From: Octopus bimaculoides
Taxonomy: Eukaryota
Direction of reading: 5' to 3'
Assembly (NCBI RefSeq): GCF_001194135.2
Contig: NC_068992.1
Coordinates: forward strand, 24,739,689 to 24,782,267
Length of the DNA: 42,579 nt
Positions 12,038 to 21,910 of this stretch are shown piece after piece. Below the pieces are notes generated by a model, which had not been told where the DNA came from, searched no databases, and saw only the letters and a program-made list of their open reading frames with translations. Each line of letters opens with the position of its first letter. The first letter of the stretch is position 1. A program made the translations under genes and the position numbers.

Positions 12038-12459
12038 CTATTCCGGACCCACCATGCCTAGGCAGATGTTCTTATAAAAATGTCATCCTTTGCGAACCGG
12101 CCATGCCTTCACTAAGCTACTGCTTTTAATATTGATGATGTTTTAATAATTATTATTTAGACTTAAATAGTTGTTGGTCATAGGCCAGACAGGCCAATAA
12201 TCAATCGTTATTTTCCATCCATAACCTACTAAGATATGCTTTAAATATGGCGCAATTGTAAAGTCTTTACTGCGTCGGATGAAATGTCTTGCCCTATCTT
12301 TTACTGTCTCTTCCACTCTGACTTGAAATCTATGACAACATTCTTTTCTCTAGAAATGAAAAAAGGCTGAATGCGGGGCTAGCATCCTCTTCTCATGAGA
12401 AAGTTGAAGATGCTGCTAGAAATTGAGGCCATATGTTCCAAGGAGGAACACCAACATAT

Positions 12460-12851
12460 AACCACTAAAAGAGTTTCGCAACACAAACGCTATCGATTAT
12501 AAAAGTAAAACTATGTACTACATAAAAGCTATATAGGTATGACTGAGCGAAGTTGTAACAGTCTACAATAATACGTCTGTTTTTTTTTTTTAGAGATGCA
12601 CTTAAAAGTGACTTATGACAACATTAGTCGGTTCCATCTGGAAATTAAAGGAAAATGCCGCCAATTATAATACCAAATGTAACATTATTGATAGATGAAA
12701 TCCCTTACAAAAAGGGAAATGAAAGACGTAATCTTTGTACAGTAGAGAAAAACTCATCCTGAAAAACACGCGTAACCATTTCGTCTATCTGAAAACCGGG
12801 TATAATATTTTCAGGAAATTCAGTCATTTTAATGCGCGTCTGTTACATTAA
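12460..12851 (+). pseudogene. Decayed Penelope-like element GIY-YIG endonuclease (C-terminal ORF region)
   Basis: Manual translation across frameshifts gives PLKEFRNTNAIDYK, KSYIGMTE (YIGMTE at 12530), IWKLKEN (12636), IPYKKGNERRNLCTVEK (from ~12700), LILK and FRKFSH. This order matches the Penelope/Poseidon-type GIY-YIG pattern (CPLxGxC..IVYK..YIGxT..IWxLK..CNLCxxEK..KCRH). Several stops and frameshifts. Confidence 0.75.
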
Positions 12852-13198
12852 TTGGAATACCATCTTTAGTAACATCCTCAAAAAGACACACAAACTCAAG
12901 CATATACGCGAATCTAGGCATTCGATTTTATTTTACATATCGCTTTTTTTTTTTGTTTCTTTCTTTTATTCTCATCTGTCGTTGACATATATATATTTTT
13001 ACGGTAGGTCTGGTGGTGCTTTGTTCGATTAAGATAAAATAACTCTCTTATTCATTATAGCAAAAATGGAAATAGCTCAGTTTTTCACAAATAACATTCT
13101 GTAAAAGATATTACAAATAAAGGATTTAGACTGACGATTGTCCCAACGCATACGAAACTATTTCTCGCCACGATGGAATGTCCGCAGTTTGTATTGTT

Positions 13199-13200
<2 letters not shown>

Positions 13201-13244
<44 letters not shown>

Positions 13245-13320
13245 ACACACACACGCGCGCGCGCACGCGCACGCACACACATACACCATTACCGCACCAC
13301 ACCACACTCACACACACACA
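13201..13320 (+). repeat. (AC)n/(GC)n microsatellite block
   Basis: Read directly. Confidence 0.9.
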
Positions 13321-13534
13321 GACTCGCATATATATATATATATATATGCCTGTATTTGTAAACAATAATCATATATATTTACACACACACACACATATAT
13401 TTGCCTGCATTTGTAAACGATAACATTACAGCAGTTAGCGACTAATTACTTCTTTCTGAAAGTAGTCATTAACTAAATACGTAATTATAACAGACGCTAC
13501 TGTAACATTATAACACATTAGTTGACAGCTTGTT

Positions 13535-13536
<2 letters not shown>

Positions 13537-13610
<74 letters not shown>
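13537..13610 (+). repeat. (AT)n microsatellite
   Basis: About 37 AT units, not broken by a gap. Confidence 0.95.
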
Positions 13611-13619
<9 letters not shown>

Positions 13620-13755
13620 CATGTATGTGTGTGTGTGTGTGAGTGTGTGCGAAATATAATCTTTGAAAGCAGTATTTGTAGATAGGCGCGTTTGATAGTC
13701 TGGCTGTTCAGCATCGGCCATCTACATCTAAGATTACGTAATCTAATATCTTTTC

Positions 13756-13989
13756 TTGGCATTCCGTCGGTTACGATGACGAGGGTTCCGGTTGATCAAC
13801 GGAACAGCCTGCTCGTGAAATTATCGTGCTGAGTACTCCACAGATACGTTTACCTTTAAAGTAGTTCTCAGGGAGATTCTGCGTGACACAGAATGTGAGA
13901 AGAATGTTCCTTTGAATTACAGATACAACTCATGGGAATCGAACTCGTGACCTATCAAATACCTTAACCACTAACCCATGCGCCTTCAC
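13756..13989 (-). mobile_element. SINE family D with internal deletion
   Basis: Head and 3' half match 2764-3088, but the central domain is missing (junction acaactcat|gggaatcgaac). Confidence 0.8.
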
Positions 13990-14067
13990 GCAATCCAATG
14001 TATCTCAGTTATGATTTGAGGAATAATTGGCTGCTAATTAATAGAAGATATGTATGTACCCTGGCCG

Positions 14068-14135
14068 CCCCGCAGTGGGACTGAACCCGGAGCCATGTGG
14101 TTGGGAAGCAAATACGTTACCTCGCAACCACGTCT
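14068..14135 (-). mobile_element. SINE family A head fragment
   Basis: cgcagtgggactgaacccggagccatgtggttgggaagcaa matches ~34026-34070. Confidence 0.75.
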
Positions 14136-14239
14136 GTTTTATGTTAATTATATTTTATGTTAATAAGTTATACATGACTATTATTGTTTGGCATGCATGT
14201 TAGCGATATATCATTTGTTAAAATGTTAGTCAGACGTAT

Positions 14240-14520
14240 ATGAGGGTTTATGTGAGTAGTGGCGGTGACCTGTACGGGCCTGCCGGACTAGACAAATTAA
14301 TATAGACAATGTATGGATAGCCTGAACATCTGCAGGTCAATGTTGGCGGGGAATACGTGTTAGGAAGGAACCAAGTTGTGATGGTGGGCGTGAGAACAGA
14401 AAACGAAGATGGTATTCAAATGTTTGCAGAATTTTAAAAGTGAACTTCGGTAATGAGGCTCATACGAGTGGTGGTTGTGGTGTTAAACCAGACAGCGCGT
14501 TAGGTCTACTAGAACGGTTA
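14240..14520 (-). pseudogene. Possible CR1/L2-group LINE 3' ORF2 relic
   Basis: Minus strand with a frameshift reads TTWFLP-HVFPANIDLQMFRLSIH, resembling the WNSLP..VFP...LQ.FK..I C-terminal pattern of CR1/L2-group LINEs. By-eye match only. Confidence 0.4.
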
Positions 14521-14809
14521 CACTTCAGCGAATAACATGTCGTTGACTGAATATTATTATTGTTGCGTAAAAGTAAATAAAAGAAGTGGTTATTATGTCA
14601 ATCTTCTCAAGGAAAAAGGAAAATATCTCTTAGAAGATTATGCAGCACAGGGTGGGTTTCGAATAAGAAAACATCTTAGCTCAGATAGATAAACAGCGAA
14701 AGGCGGAAACAGAGAAAGCAGATTTGAAAATATCACGATATCAAATGATAACCGTTCGTTGCAATTACATCAGTAACTAAAATAAATATAATTACCAATA
14801 ATAATAATA

Positions 14810-14841
<32 letters not shown>

Positions 14842-15000
14842 TAAAACTGTTGCGATAGACACAAGTTTATGTGAAACATATTGCACTTCAGAAGGCAAAA
14901 AACTATTTCACCTAACCTTTAATAATTTGAGAGAAGAAAGACTATAATGTAGATACAGGATTTTCAAATGTTTGTTTATTGTTAGATAAACTAATGTTTC

Positions 15001-15197
15001 AGGCGCAAGCATAGCTGCGTGGTTAAGAAGCACGATTTGCAGCCATGGGGTTTCGGGTTCAACCCATTGCGCGGCACCTTTGGCAAGTGTTTTCTACTAG
15101 AGTCTCTGGTCAAGCCAAATGCCTTGTGAGTGAATTTAGTAGACATAAACTGTGTGGAAACTCGTCGTGTGTGTGTGTGTGTGTGCGTGCGTGTGTG
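15001..15197 (+). mobile_element. SINE family A 5' half ending in (GT)n
   Basis: ggcgcaagcatagctgcgtggttaag...ggcacctttggcaagtg...ccttgtgagtgaatttagtagac, then (GT)n. Confidence 0.8.
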
Positions 15198-15407
15198 TTC
15201 TTTTATTTTTTTATTCGTTTCAGTCATTTGACTGCGGCCATGCTGGAACACCACCTTAAAGGATGCCAGTCGAAGAAATCGACCCCAGGACTTATTGTTT
15301 GTAGGCCTAGTACTTGTTCTAACGGTCACTTATGCCGAACCGCTATGTTACGGGGACATAAATACACCAGCATCGGTTGTTAAGCGACGGTGGCTGGGAG
15401 AGACAAA

Positions 15408-15480
<73 letters not shown>

Positions 15481-15656
15481 GCACATATATGTATACGCCG
15501 GGGTTCTTCCAGTTTCCGTCTACCAAATCCACTCATAAGGCTTTGGTCGGCCCGAAGCTATGATACATGATACTTGACCCACTTGCCCAAGGTGTCGGGC
15601 AGTGGGACTGAAACCAAGATCTCATGGTTGGAAAGGAATCTGCTAACCACACATCC
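15198..15656 (-). mobile_element. SINE family A, full length
   Basis: Reverse-complement family A with a central (AC)n at ~15409-15479. Confidence 0.9.
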
Positions 15657-15702
15657 GATGTAAATATTGCAGATAGTAACTGAATTTAAATTAAATACAA
15701 GA

Positions 15703-15914
15703 CAGCGAGCTGGCAGAAACGTTAGCACGCCGGGCGAAATGCTTAGCGGTATTTCGTTTGTCTTTACGTTCTGAGTTCGAAATTCCGCCGAGGTCGACTT
15801 TTCCTTTTATCTATTCGGTCTCGATAAATTAAGTACCAGTTGCGTACTGGGTCGATCTGATCGACTGGCCTCCTCCCACCAAATTTCGGGTTTTGTGCCT
15901 AGAGTCGAAAAGAG
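15703..15914 (+). mobile_element. SINE family B, full length with TSD
   Basis: Flanked by tttaaattaaatacaa (15685-15700) and tttaatttaaatacaa (15915-15930), 15/16 identical. B box gagttcgaaattcc. Confidence 0.92.
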
Positions 15915-16163
15915 TTTAATTTAAATACAAACCAAACAGTCACTAGACAATATCGTAGTTCCTATAGACATCATTGTAGTCGCAATAAAATCGGACAATT
16001 ATATTTTAATTAGATTTTCGTGCCATGATTACATAAAGTGAAGTCTTGTCTTAACAATATTGATTTCTGTTTAAATAGTTTCTTAAATTAAACAACTTAT
16101 TAGCGTCTCTAATATTAGCATTGTAATATATTTAATATACGACTCCGTATAGATAAGTATATT

Positions 16164-16547
16164 GTGGCACTCCGTCGGTTACGACGACGAGGGTTCCAGT
16201 TGATCTGATCAACGGAACAGTCTGCTCGTGAAATTAACGTGCAAGTGGCTGATTACTCCACAGATACGTGTACCCTTAACGTAGTTCTCGGGGAGATTCA
16301 GCGGGACACAGAGTGTGACAAGGCTGGCCCTTTGAAATACAGGTGCAACAGAAACAGGAAGAAAGATCGAGAGAAAGTTGTGGTGAAAGAGTATAGCAGG
16401 GCTCGCCACCACCACCCCCTACCGGAGCGTCGTGGAGCTGTAGGTGTTTTCGCTCAATAAACACTCGCAACGCCCGGTCTTGGAATCGAAACCGCGATCC
16501 TACGAACGCGAGTCCGCTGCCCCAACAACTGGGCCATTGCGCCTCCA
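16164..16547 (-). mobile_element. SINE family C (tRNA-Arg-like head), full length with TSD
   Basis: Flanked by ataagtata (16153-16161 and 16551-16559). A box tggcccagttg, B box gtttcgattcc. The head matches 28278-28480. Possibly one of the described octopus OR-type SINEs; assignment not verified. Confidence 0.9.
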
Positions 16548-16659
16548 CTCATAAGTATAAACATCGTAATGTAAGGTGAAGCGAGATCAGTCAAACAAAG
16601 TTTCCGTTACGAGTTCGATTCCCAAAGAAAGTATAGTTTTTCTTTCTTATTTCTTTTTG

Positions 16660-16880
16660 GTGAAGGTGTGTGGCGTAGAGGCTCAGGTGAATGCATTCAC
16701 CCATTACAAGATTGTAGTTTCAATTCCCAGACCGGGTGGTACGCTGTGCTCTCGAGCAAAACACATCGTTTCATGTTACTCCTATGCGACAATACGACGA
16801 ACAGGCGTTCCGTTCAAGGGGCGTGTTGTGATTTCGGTCACTTACGTGCCATCGAAGCTGGATAACAGCCCCTTTGGGAC
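16660..16880 (+). mobile_element. tRNA-headed SINE with family D-like head and a different 3' part
   Basis: gtgaaggtgtgtggcgtagag...ttcaattcccagaccgg...gtgctctcgagcaaaacac resembles the family D head, but the downstream part does not match the C/D tail. Confidence 0.55.
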
Positions 16881-17039
16881 GCGAGACAGTTCTGAGTTCT
16901 TCTTACGTTATGGGTTTTCGCTATTCAGTTAACTTAATTTTCACAGACTTCCAAGAAGAGAAATTCTTCCCTTGAGACGCAGTGATGAATTTCGCACAAC
17001 CACTGTAATTATTTCTGCTGGTGCTGTTGTTGATGATGT

Positions 17040-17071
<32 letters not shown>

Positions 17072-17104
17072 TTGTTATTGTTGGTGTTTTATACTTGTGT
17101 ATTT

Positions 17105-17340
17105 AACCGTTTATCTTTTACTTGTTTCAGTCATTACACTGCGCCCATACTGGGGCACCGCCTTGAAAGATGTTTTTAACCGAATGAATCGACCTCAGTA
17201 TTTATTTTTTTTTTTTTTAAGCATGGTACTTATTTTATCGGTCTCTTTGGCCGAACCGCTAACTTACAGTGACATACACACACCAACACCGGTTGTTAAA
17301 AGGTCTTGTGAGACAAACATAGAAACACACACATATCACG
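17105..17340 (-). mobile_element. Older SINE family A 3' half
   Basis: cttttacttgtttcagtcatt...gccgaaccgctaac...caacaccggttgttaa is the reverse-complement family A tail. Confidence 0.8.
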
Positions 17341-17561
17341 TATATTCTTTTATTTGTTTCAGTCATTTGACTGCGGCCATGCTGGAGCACCACCTTTAGT
17401 CGAACAAATCGACCCCAGGACTTATTCTTTGTAAGCCTAGTACTTATTCTATCGGGTCTCTTTTGCCGAACAGCTAAGTTACGGAGACGTAAACACACCA
17501 ACATTGATTGTCAAGCGATGGTGGGAGACAACACAGACACACACACACACACGTATATATG

Positions 17562-17594
<33 letters not shown>

Positions 17595-18018
17595 NNNNNN
17601 NNNNNNNNNNNNNNNNNNNNNNNNNNNNNNNNNNNNNNNNNNNNNNNNNNNNNNNNNNNNNNNNNNNNNNNNNNNNNNNNNNNNNNNNNNNNNNNNNNNN
17701 NNNNNNNNNNNNNNNNNNNNNNNNNNNNNNNNNNNNNNNNNNNNNNNNNNNNNNNNNNNNNNNNNNNNNNNNNNNNNNNNNNNNNNNNNNNNNNNNNNNN
17801 NNNNNNNNNNNNNNNNNNNNNNNNNNNNNNNNNNNNNNNNNNNNNNNNNNNNNNNNNNNNNNNNNNNNNNNNNNNNNNNNNNNNNNNNNNNNNNNNNNNN
17901 NNNNNNNNNNNNNNNNNNNNNNNATATATGCACGATGTGCTTCTTACAGTTTCCGTCTACCAAATCCACTCACAAGGCTTTGGTCGGCCCAAGGCTAAAG
18001 TAGGAGACACTTGCCCGA
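17341..18018 (-). mobile_element. SINE family A (head truncated; gap in microsatellite)
   Basis: Family A tail at 17341-17540 and pre-microsatellite segment at 17930-18018 ending gacacttgccc. Confidence 0.85.
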
Positions 18019-18446
18019 ACTATATGGATGGGTACCATGCTTCTTACCTCGATTTTAATTATCCGGTTTGATGGCATAAAAAACTTTCGGGTATAATCGA
18101 TGTATCCTAATTTCAGCATCAATAATTCATGAAAATTGAGCGTCAAGGACAAAATTAATTTGAGAGATAGGACCTGAAGTTTTCTGTGTTTTTATATTTT
18201 TCTTCTGGGTACATCTTTTGGAAAAAGCGTGTCTCATATCTTCGTTCTTACGATTTACGAAATTTAAGTAGCTGGGAACGGTATCAGTGGTGACAATAAC
18301 ATCTTTGACGACAATAAAGATGACAACCGTGTTAATAAATATAATGATCACGTGGGGTGTGATGAGGACAATGGTCGGTGTGATGTCGATAAATATGATA
18401 ATACGGATGAAAGTGACCTTAGAAGTGATTAGAGATGATAATGAGT

Positions 18447-18470
18447 ACGACGACGACGACGACGACGACT

Positions 18471-18505
<35 letters not shown>

Positions 18506-18531
18506 CATGATGATGATGATGATGATGATGA
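18447..18531 (+). repeat. (GAC)n(GAT)n microsatellite
   Basis: Read directly. Confidence 0.9.
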
Positions 18532-19055
18532 TATTTTTGCTTAACTCCTTAAAAGAACAGGAGTTTATGATCGCCTTCATTAGCTTTACAGCCGTTTCGG
18601 CGTTGGGTGCATTTGCACTCAAAATTGAGTGTACGAATAACATCTTATAGCTTCGTCAGTGCCTTAACACACAACACAAACACACACACACACAAACACA
18701 CACACACATACATACATATCTACACACAAACACACACACACACACACACGTATATACNNNNNNNNNNNNNNNNNNNNNNNNNNNNNNNNNNNNNNNNNNN
18801 NNNNNNNNNNNNNNNNNNNNNNNNNNNNNNNNNNNNNNNNNNNNNNNTATATATATATACATATGCATTTATGTATGTATGTATATTTATATACATATAC
18901 ATACACACACATTTAAAAGAGATAATGTGAAGCATTATTGTATAGCCGTAGGCGACTTTAACTGTCTGTATTGCTGACTTTGAAAACGTGGCAGCTATTA
19001 ATACCTTATATAGTATTACACACGCAGAGACACACAAACACACGCGCACACACGC

Positions 19056-19086
<31 letters not shown>

Positions 19087-19410
19087 TACATATATACACA
19101 TACACGCACACATATATACACACAAACTATTAGACTAGATATGGAAGCATTATTTATAGCAAAATTCAAACGAAAATATTAAACACAGAAACAGAACACA
19201 CTTGTAACTAAATAAGTAAGTAATATAGAGTCGATTGTTAAAGAATTTTAACTCTGACGATGATGATTATATTATGTTTACATTATTTCTCTGAGCACTT
19301 GTTGCCTAAAACGAAACTCTCTGGATAACTTACCACGACCACGACTTTATGCAGAATATGTGACCGAGACGATATTAAATCGTTAAATTATAAAAGTAAG
19401 GGAAATATGA

Positions 19411-19818
19411 AGTATATTTGCCACTTAAATGCGGCTAACCCCTAAGGGTGAATGCTACTGTAGCTTGTAGCCCCAGGAGAACATCTCCTCCAGCTGGCTA
19501 TTGACACACTTTCTGTGCCTTGTCGGTATTTGAAAAGGGAGGTCATCCTCCCCATTGTCAATCTGACGTGATACGCACGGACCCGGGTTTCTGAGTATTT
19601 ACTCTTCGTCAGCGTACGACAATCACCGATCTTCGATGCGAAGGGGTCCCAATGCAAATACATATATCCTTTTTGCAGTTACGAAAATTCATTGATTTCA
19701 AAGAAGTGTAAACAAGCAATAATAAATCTCTGAACGAGGTATAAACAGTAGCAGCACGACAACGTGAAGTATATTTGCCACTTAAATGCGGCTAACCCCT
19801 AAGGGCGAATGCTACTGT
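19411..19818 (-). mobile_element. Element F: terminally redundant hammerhead-bearing retroelement (retrozyme-like)
   Basis: 19408-19463 and 19765-19820 are a 56-bp direct repeat with one mismatch, spaced 357 bp apart. agggaaatatga flanks both sides (19399-19410 and 19819-19830). Internal hammerhead at 19568-19626. Confidence 0.8.
19568..19626 (-). ncRNA. Type I hammerhead ribozyme
   Basis: Minus strand GTGAT TGT CGTACG CTGACGA A GAGT AAAT ACTC A GAAA C CCGG G TC CGTGCG T ATCAC. Core CUGACGA/GAAA, GUC cleavage triplet, stem I of 6 bp + 3x1 internal loop + 5 bp, stem II of 4 bp with AAAU loop, stem III of 2 bp with CCGG loop. The only flaw is an A.A opposition at the base of stem II. Predicted cut between 19580 and 19579. 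Confidence 0.85.
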
Positions 19819-19942
19819 AGGGAAATATGATGAAGCGAAAAGAAAATAAAACCCTTGAGAAATTAACTAAACTCGAACATTGATGTTCTTCCAGTAAAAC
19901 TACACATGCGCACAAGCACCCTTCCACCCACATGCGCACATG

Positions 19943-20054
19943 TATGTATGTATTATGTATGTATGTATGTATGTATGTATGTTTGTATGTGTGTATGCAT
20001 GTATGTATGTATGTATGTTTGTATGTGTGTATGTATGTATGTATGTATGTATGT
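19943..20054 (+). repeat. (GTAT)n microsatellite with internal higher-order duplication
   Basis: Read directly; the interruption gtttgtatgtgtgtatg occurs twice. Confidence 0.9.
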
Positions 20055-20337
20055 ACTCACGTTCCAGCAACCCGAACGGGTACAGCCTTCAATAAAACTG
20101 TCATAGATAGGTCTATACTGGATGAACATATTCTACTGTTGGAACAGCTGAACGCATATAAATGCTACATCGAGAGACATTAAGATATTTATGCACTAGA
20201 AACACGTGTCGGGACTGAAATCTAATCTGAATGTAATGTGAAGAATACTGTAACAAACAAGTTTTGAAAATGTATAAAGTCGGCATTCTGTTTCACGATG
20301 TCTTATATAATACATATGTGCGTACGTGCGTGCATAT

Positions 20338-20382
<45 letters not shown>

Positions 20383-20821
20383 TTAGAACTAACGACAGAA
20401 AGAATATATACATATGCAGTTTTACGAAGTGTCTTTTGTTCTTTTATATTATTAGTGTCTGTGCTTCTTAGCTACAAAGTAACTTTAGACAGAAGCAGAA
20501 ATATATATTTCTGCTTCCGTCTCCAATTACTTGTCAGAAATAAGAAACAAACAAACAAGAGAGGTAAAACAAAAAAAAAAAAAAGACCCCACCACCTAAA
20601 AAGAAACCAAAGATGCGCAGCATAATGAAACTCTCTTATACCCGTGGATATATAGCTATGATGTAAATAATTATATTACACTGTATATCCCATAACAGAT
20701 AGTTTATCACACAGAATATATACATATTTTGTTTGCAAGCCGACATTAATTCGATCATGATGTAGTTCGACTTTAACGCTCTTAATTTTACGGGGCCATT
20801 AGTTTTTCAAATCTGCCTGAG

Positions 20822-20867
<46 letters not shown>

Positions 20868-20999
20868 CCTATCTATGTGGCTTTGCGCGTGCGCGTGCGC
20901 GTATAACTATGTGTGTGTGTATATATATATAAATGTATATAAATATAAAATATAAATGTATATAAGTATAAAGATAAATATTTGTCTGCTTGCCTGTTT

Positions 21000-21150
21000 A
21001 ATGCTGTTAAGAAATAACAGCCAAATTTCACTCAAACGACATTTTACAGTCTTAAAAGAGGAAGGTCATATGATAAAAATGTCGAGAATGTCACGACTGG
21101 AAGATTTTTGGTCGTAGGTTTGTTTGATCGAAACTGACCGGATGCTAAAG
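21000..21150 (+). mobile_element. Uncharacterised dispersed repeat, family G
   Basis: gaaataacagccaaat...gtcttaaaagaggaagg...taggtttgtttg also appears at 28540-28700 (+), 33190-33370 (-) and 34865-34930 (-). Confidence 0.5.
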
Positions 21151-21654
21151 AAGNNNNNNNNNNNNNNNNNNNNNNNNNNNNNNNNNNNNNNNNNNNNNNN
21201 NNNNNNNNNNNNNNNNNNNNNNNNNNNNNNNNNNNNNNNNNNNNNNNNNNNNNNNNNNNNNNNNNNNNNNNNNNNNNNNNNNNNNNNNNNNNNNNNNNNN
21301 NNNNNNNNNNNNNNNNNNNNNNNNNNNNNNNNNNNNNNNNNNNNNNNNNNNNNNNNNNNNNNNNNNNNNNNNNNNNNNNNNNNNNNNNNNNNNNNNNNNN
21401 NNNNNNNNNNNNNNNNNNNNNNNNNNNNNNNNNNNNNNNNNNNNNNNNNNNNNNNNNNNNNNNNNNNNNNNNNNNNNNNNNNNNNNNNNNNNNNNNNNNN
21501 NNNNNNNNNNNNNNNNNNNNNNNNNNNNNNNNNNNNNNNNNNNNNNNNNNNNNNNNNNNNNNNNNNNNNNNNNNNNNNNNNNNNNNNNNNNNNNNNNNNN
21601 NNNNNNNNNNNNNNNNNNNNNNNNNNNNNNNNCCAATATTTATTTTATTTTGTT

Positions 21655-21910
21655 TTATTTAAATCTGGTACTGCCGAAATTGATAGTTACATGGATATAA
21701 CCAAGCCAACACCGATTGTCAAGAAGGGTAGCGAAACACACACACATACACACACACAAATATAAATGTGGTGAGCTTCGACACAGTTTCCGTCTATTAA
21801 ATTCACTCACAAGATTATAGTAGAAAACACTTGCCCAAGGTACCACACAGTGGGACTGAACCTGAAATCACGTGGCTGCAAAGCAGGCTCCTTAACCATA
21901 CAGCCATGTC
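21655..21910 (-). mobile_element. Diverged SINE family A
   Basis: caacaccgattgtcaag, (AC)n, cagtttccgtct...cacttgcccaagg...cagtgggactgaacc. Confidence 0.8.

Noticed and set aside
16470-16547. tRNA genes at SINE heads (also 28278-28350, 5050-5120, 3020-3088)
   Set aside because: A and B boxes are present, but there is no acceptor stem closure and each continues into a repeat body; these are SINE heads.
19442-19663. 73-aa minus-strand ORF across the hammerhead as a peptide gene
   Set aside because: It is short, lies within a mobile element and has no domain; LTKSKYSETRV is simply the translation of the ribozyme core.
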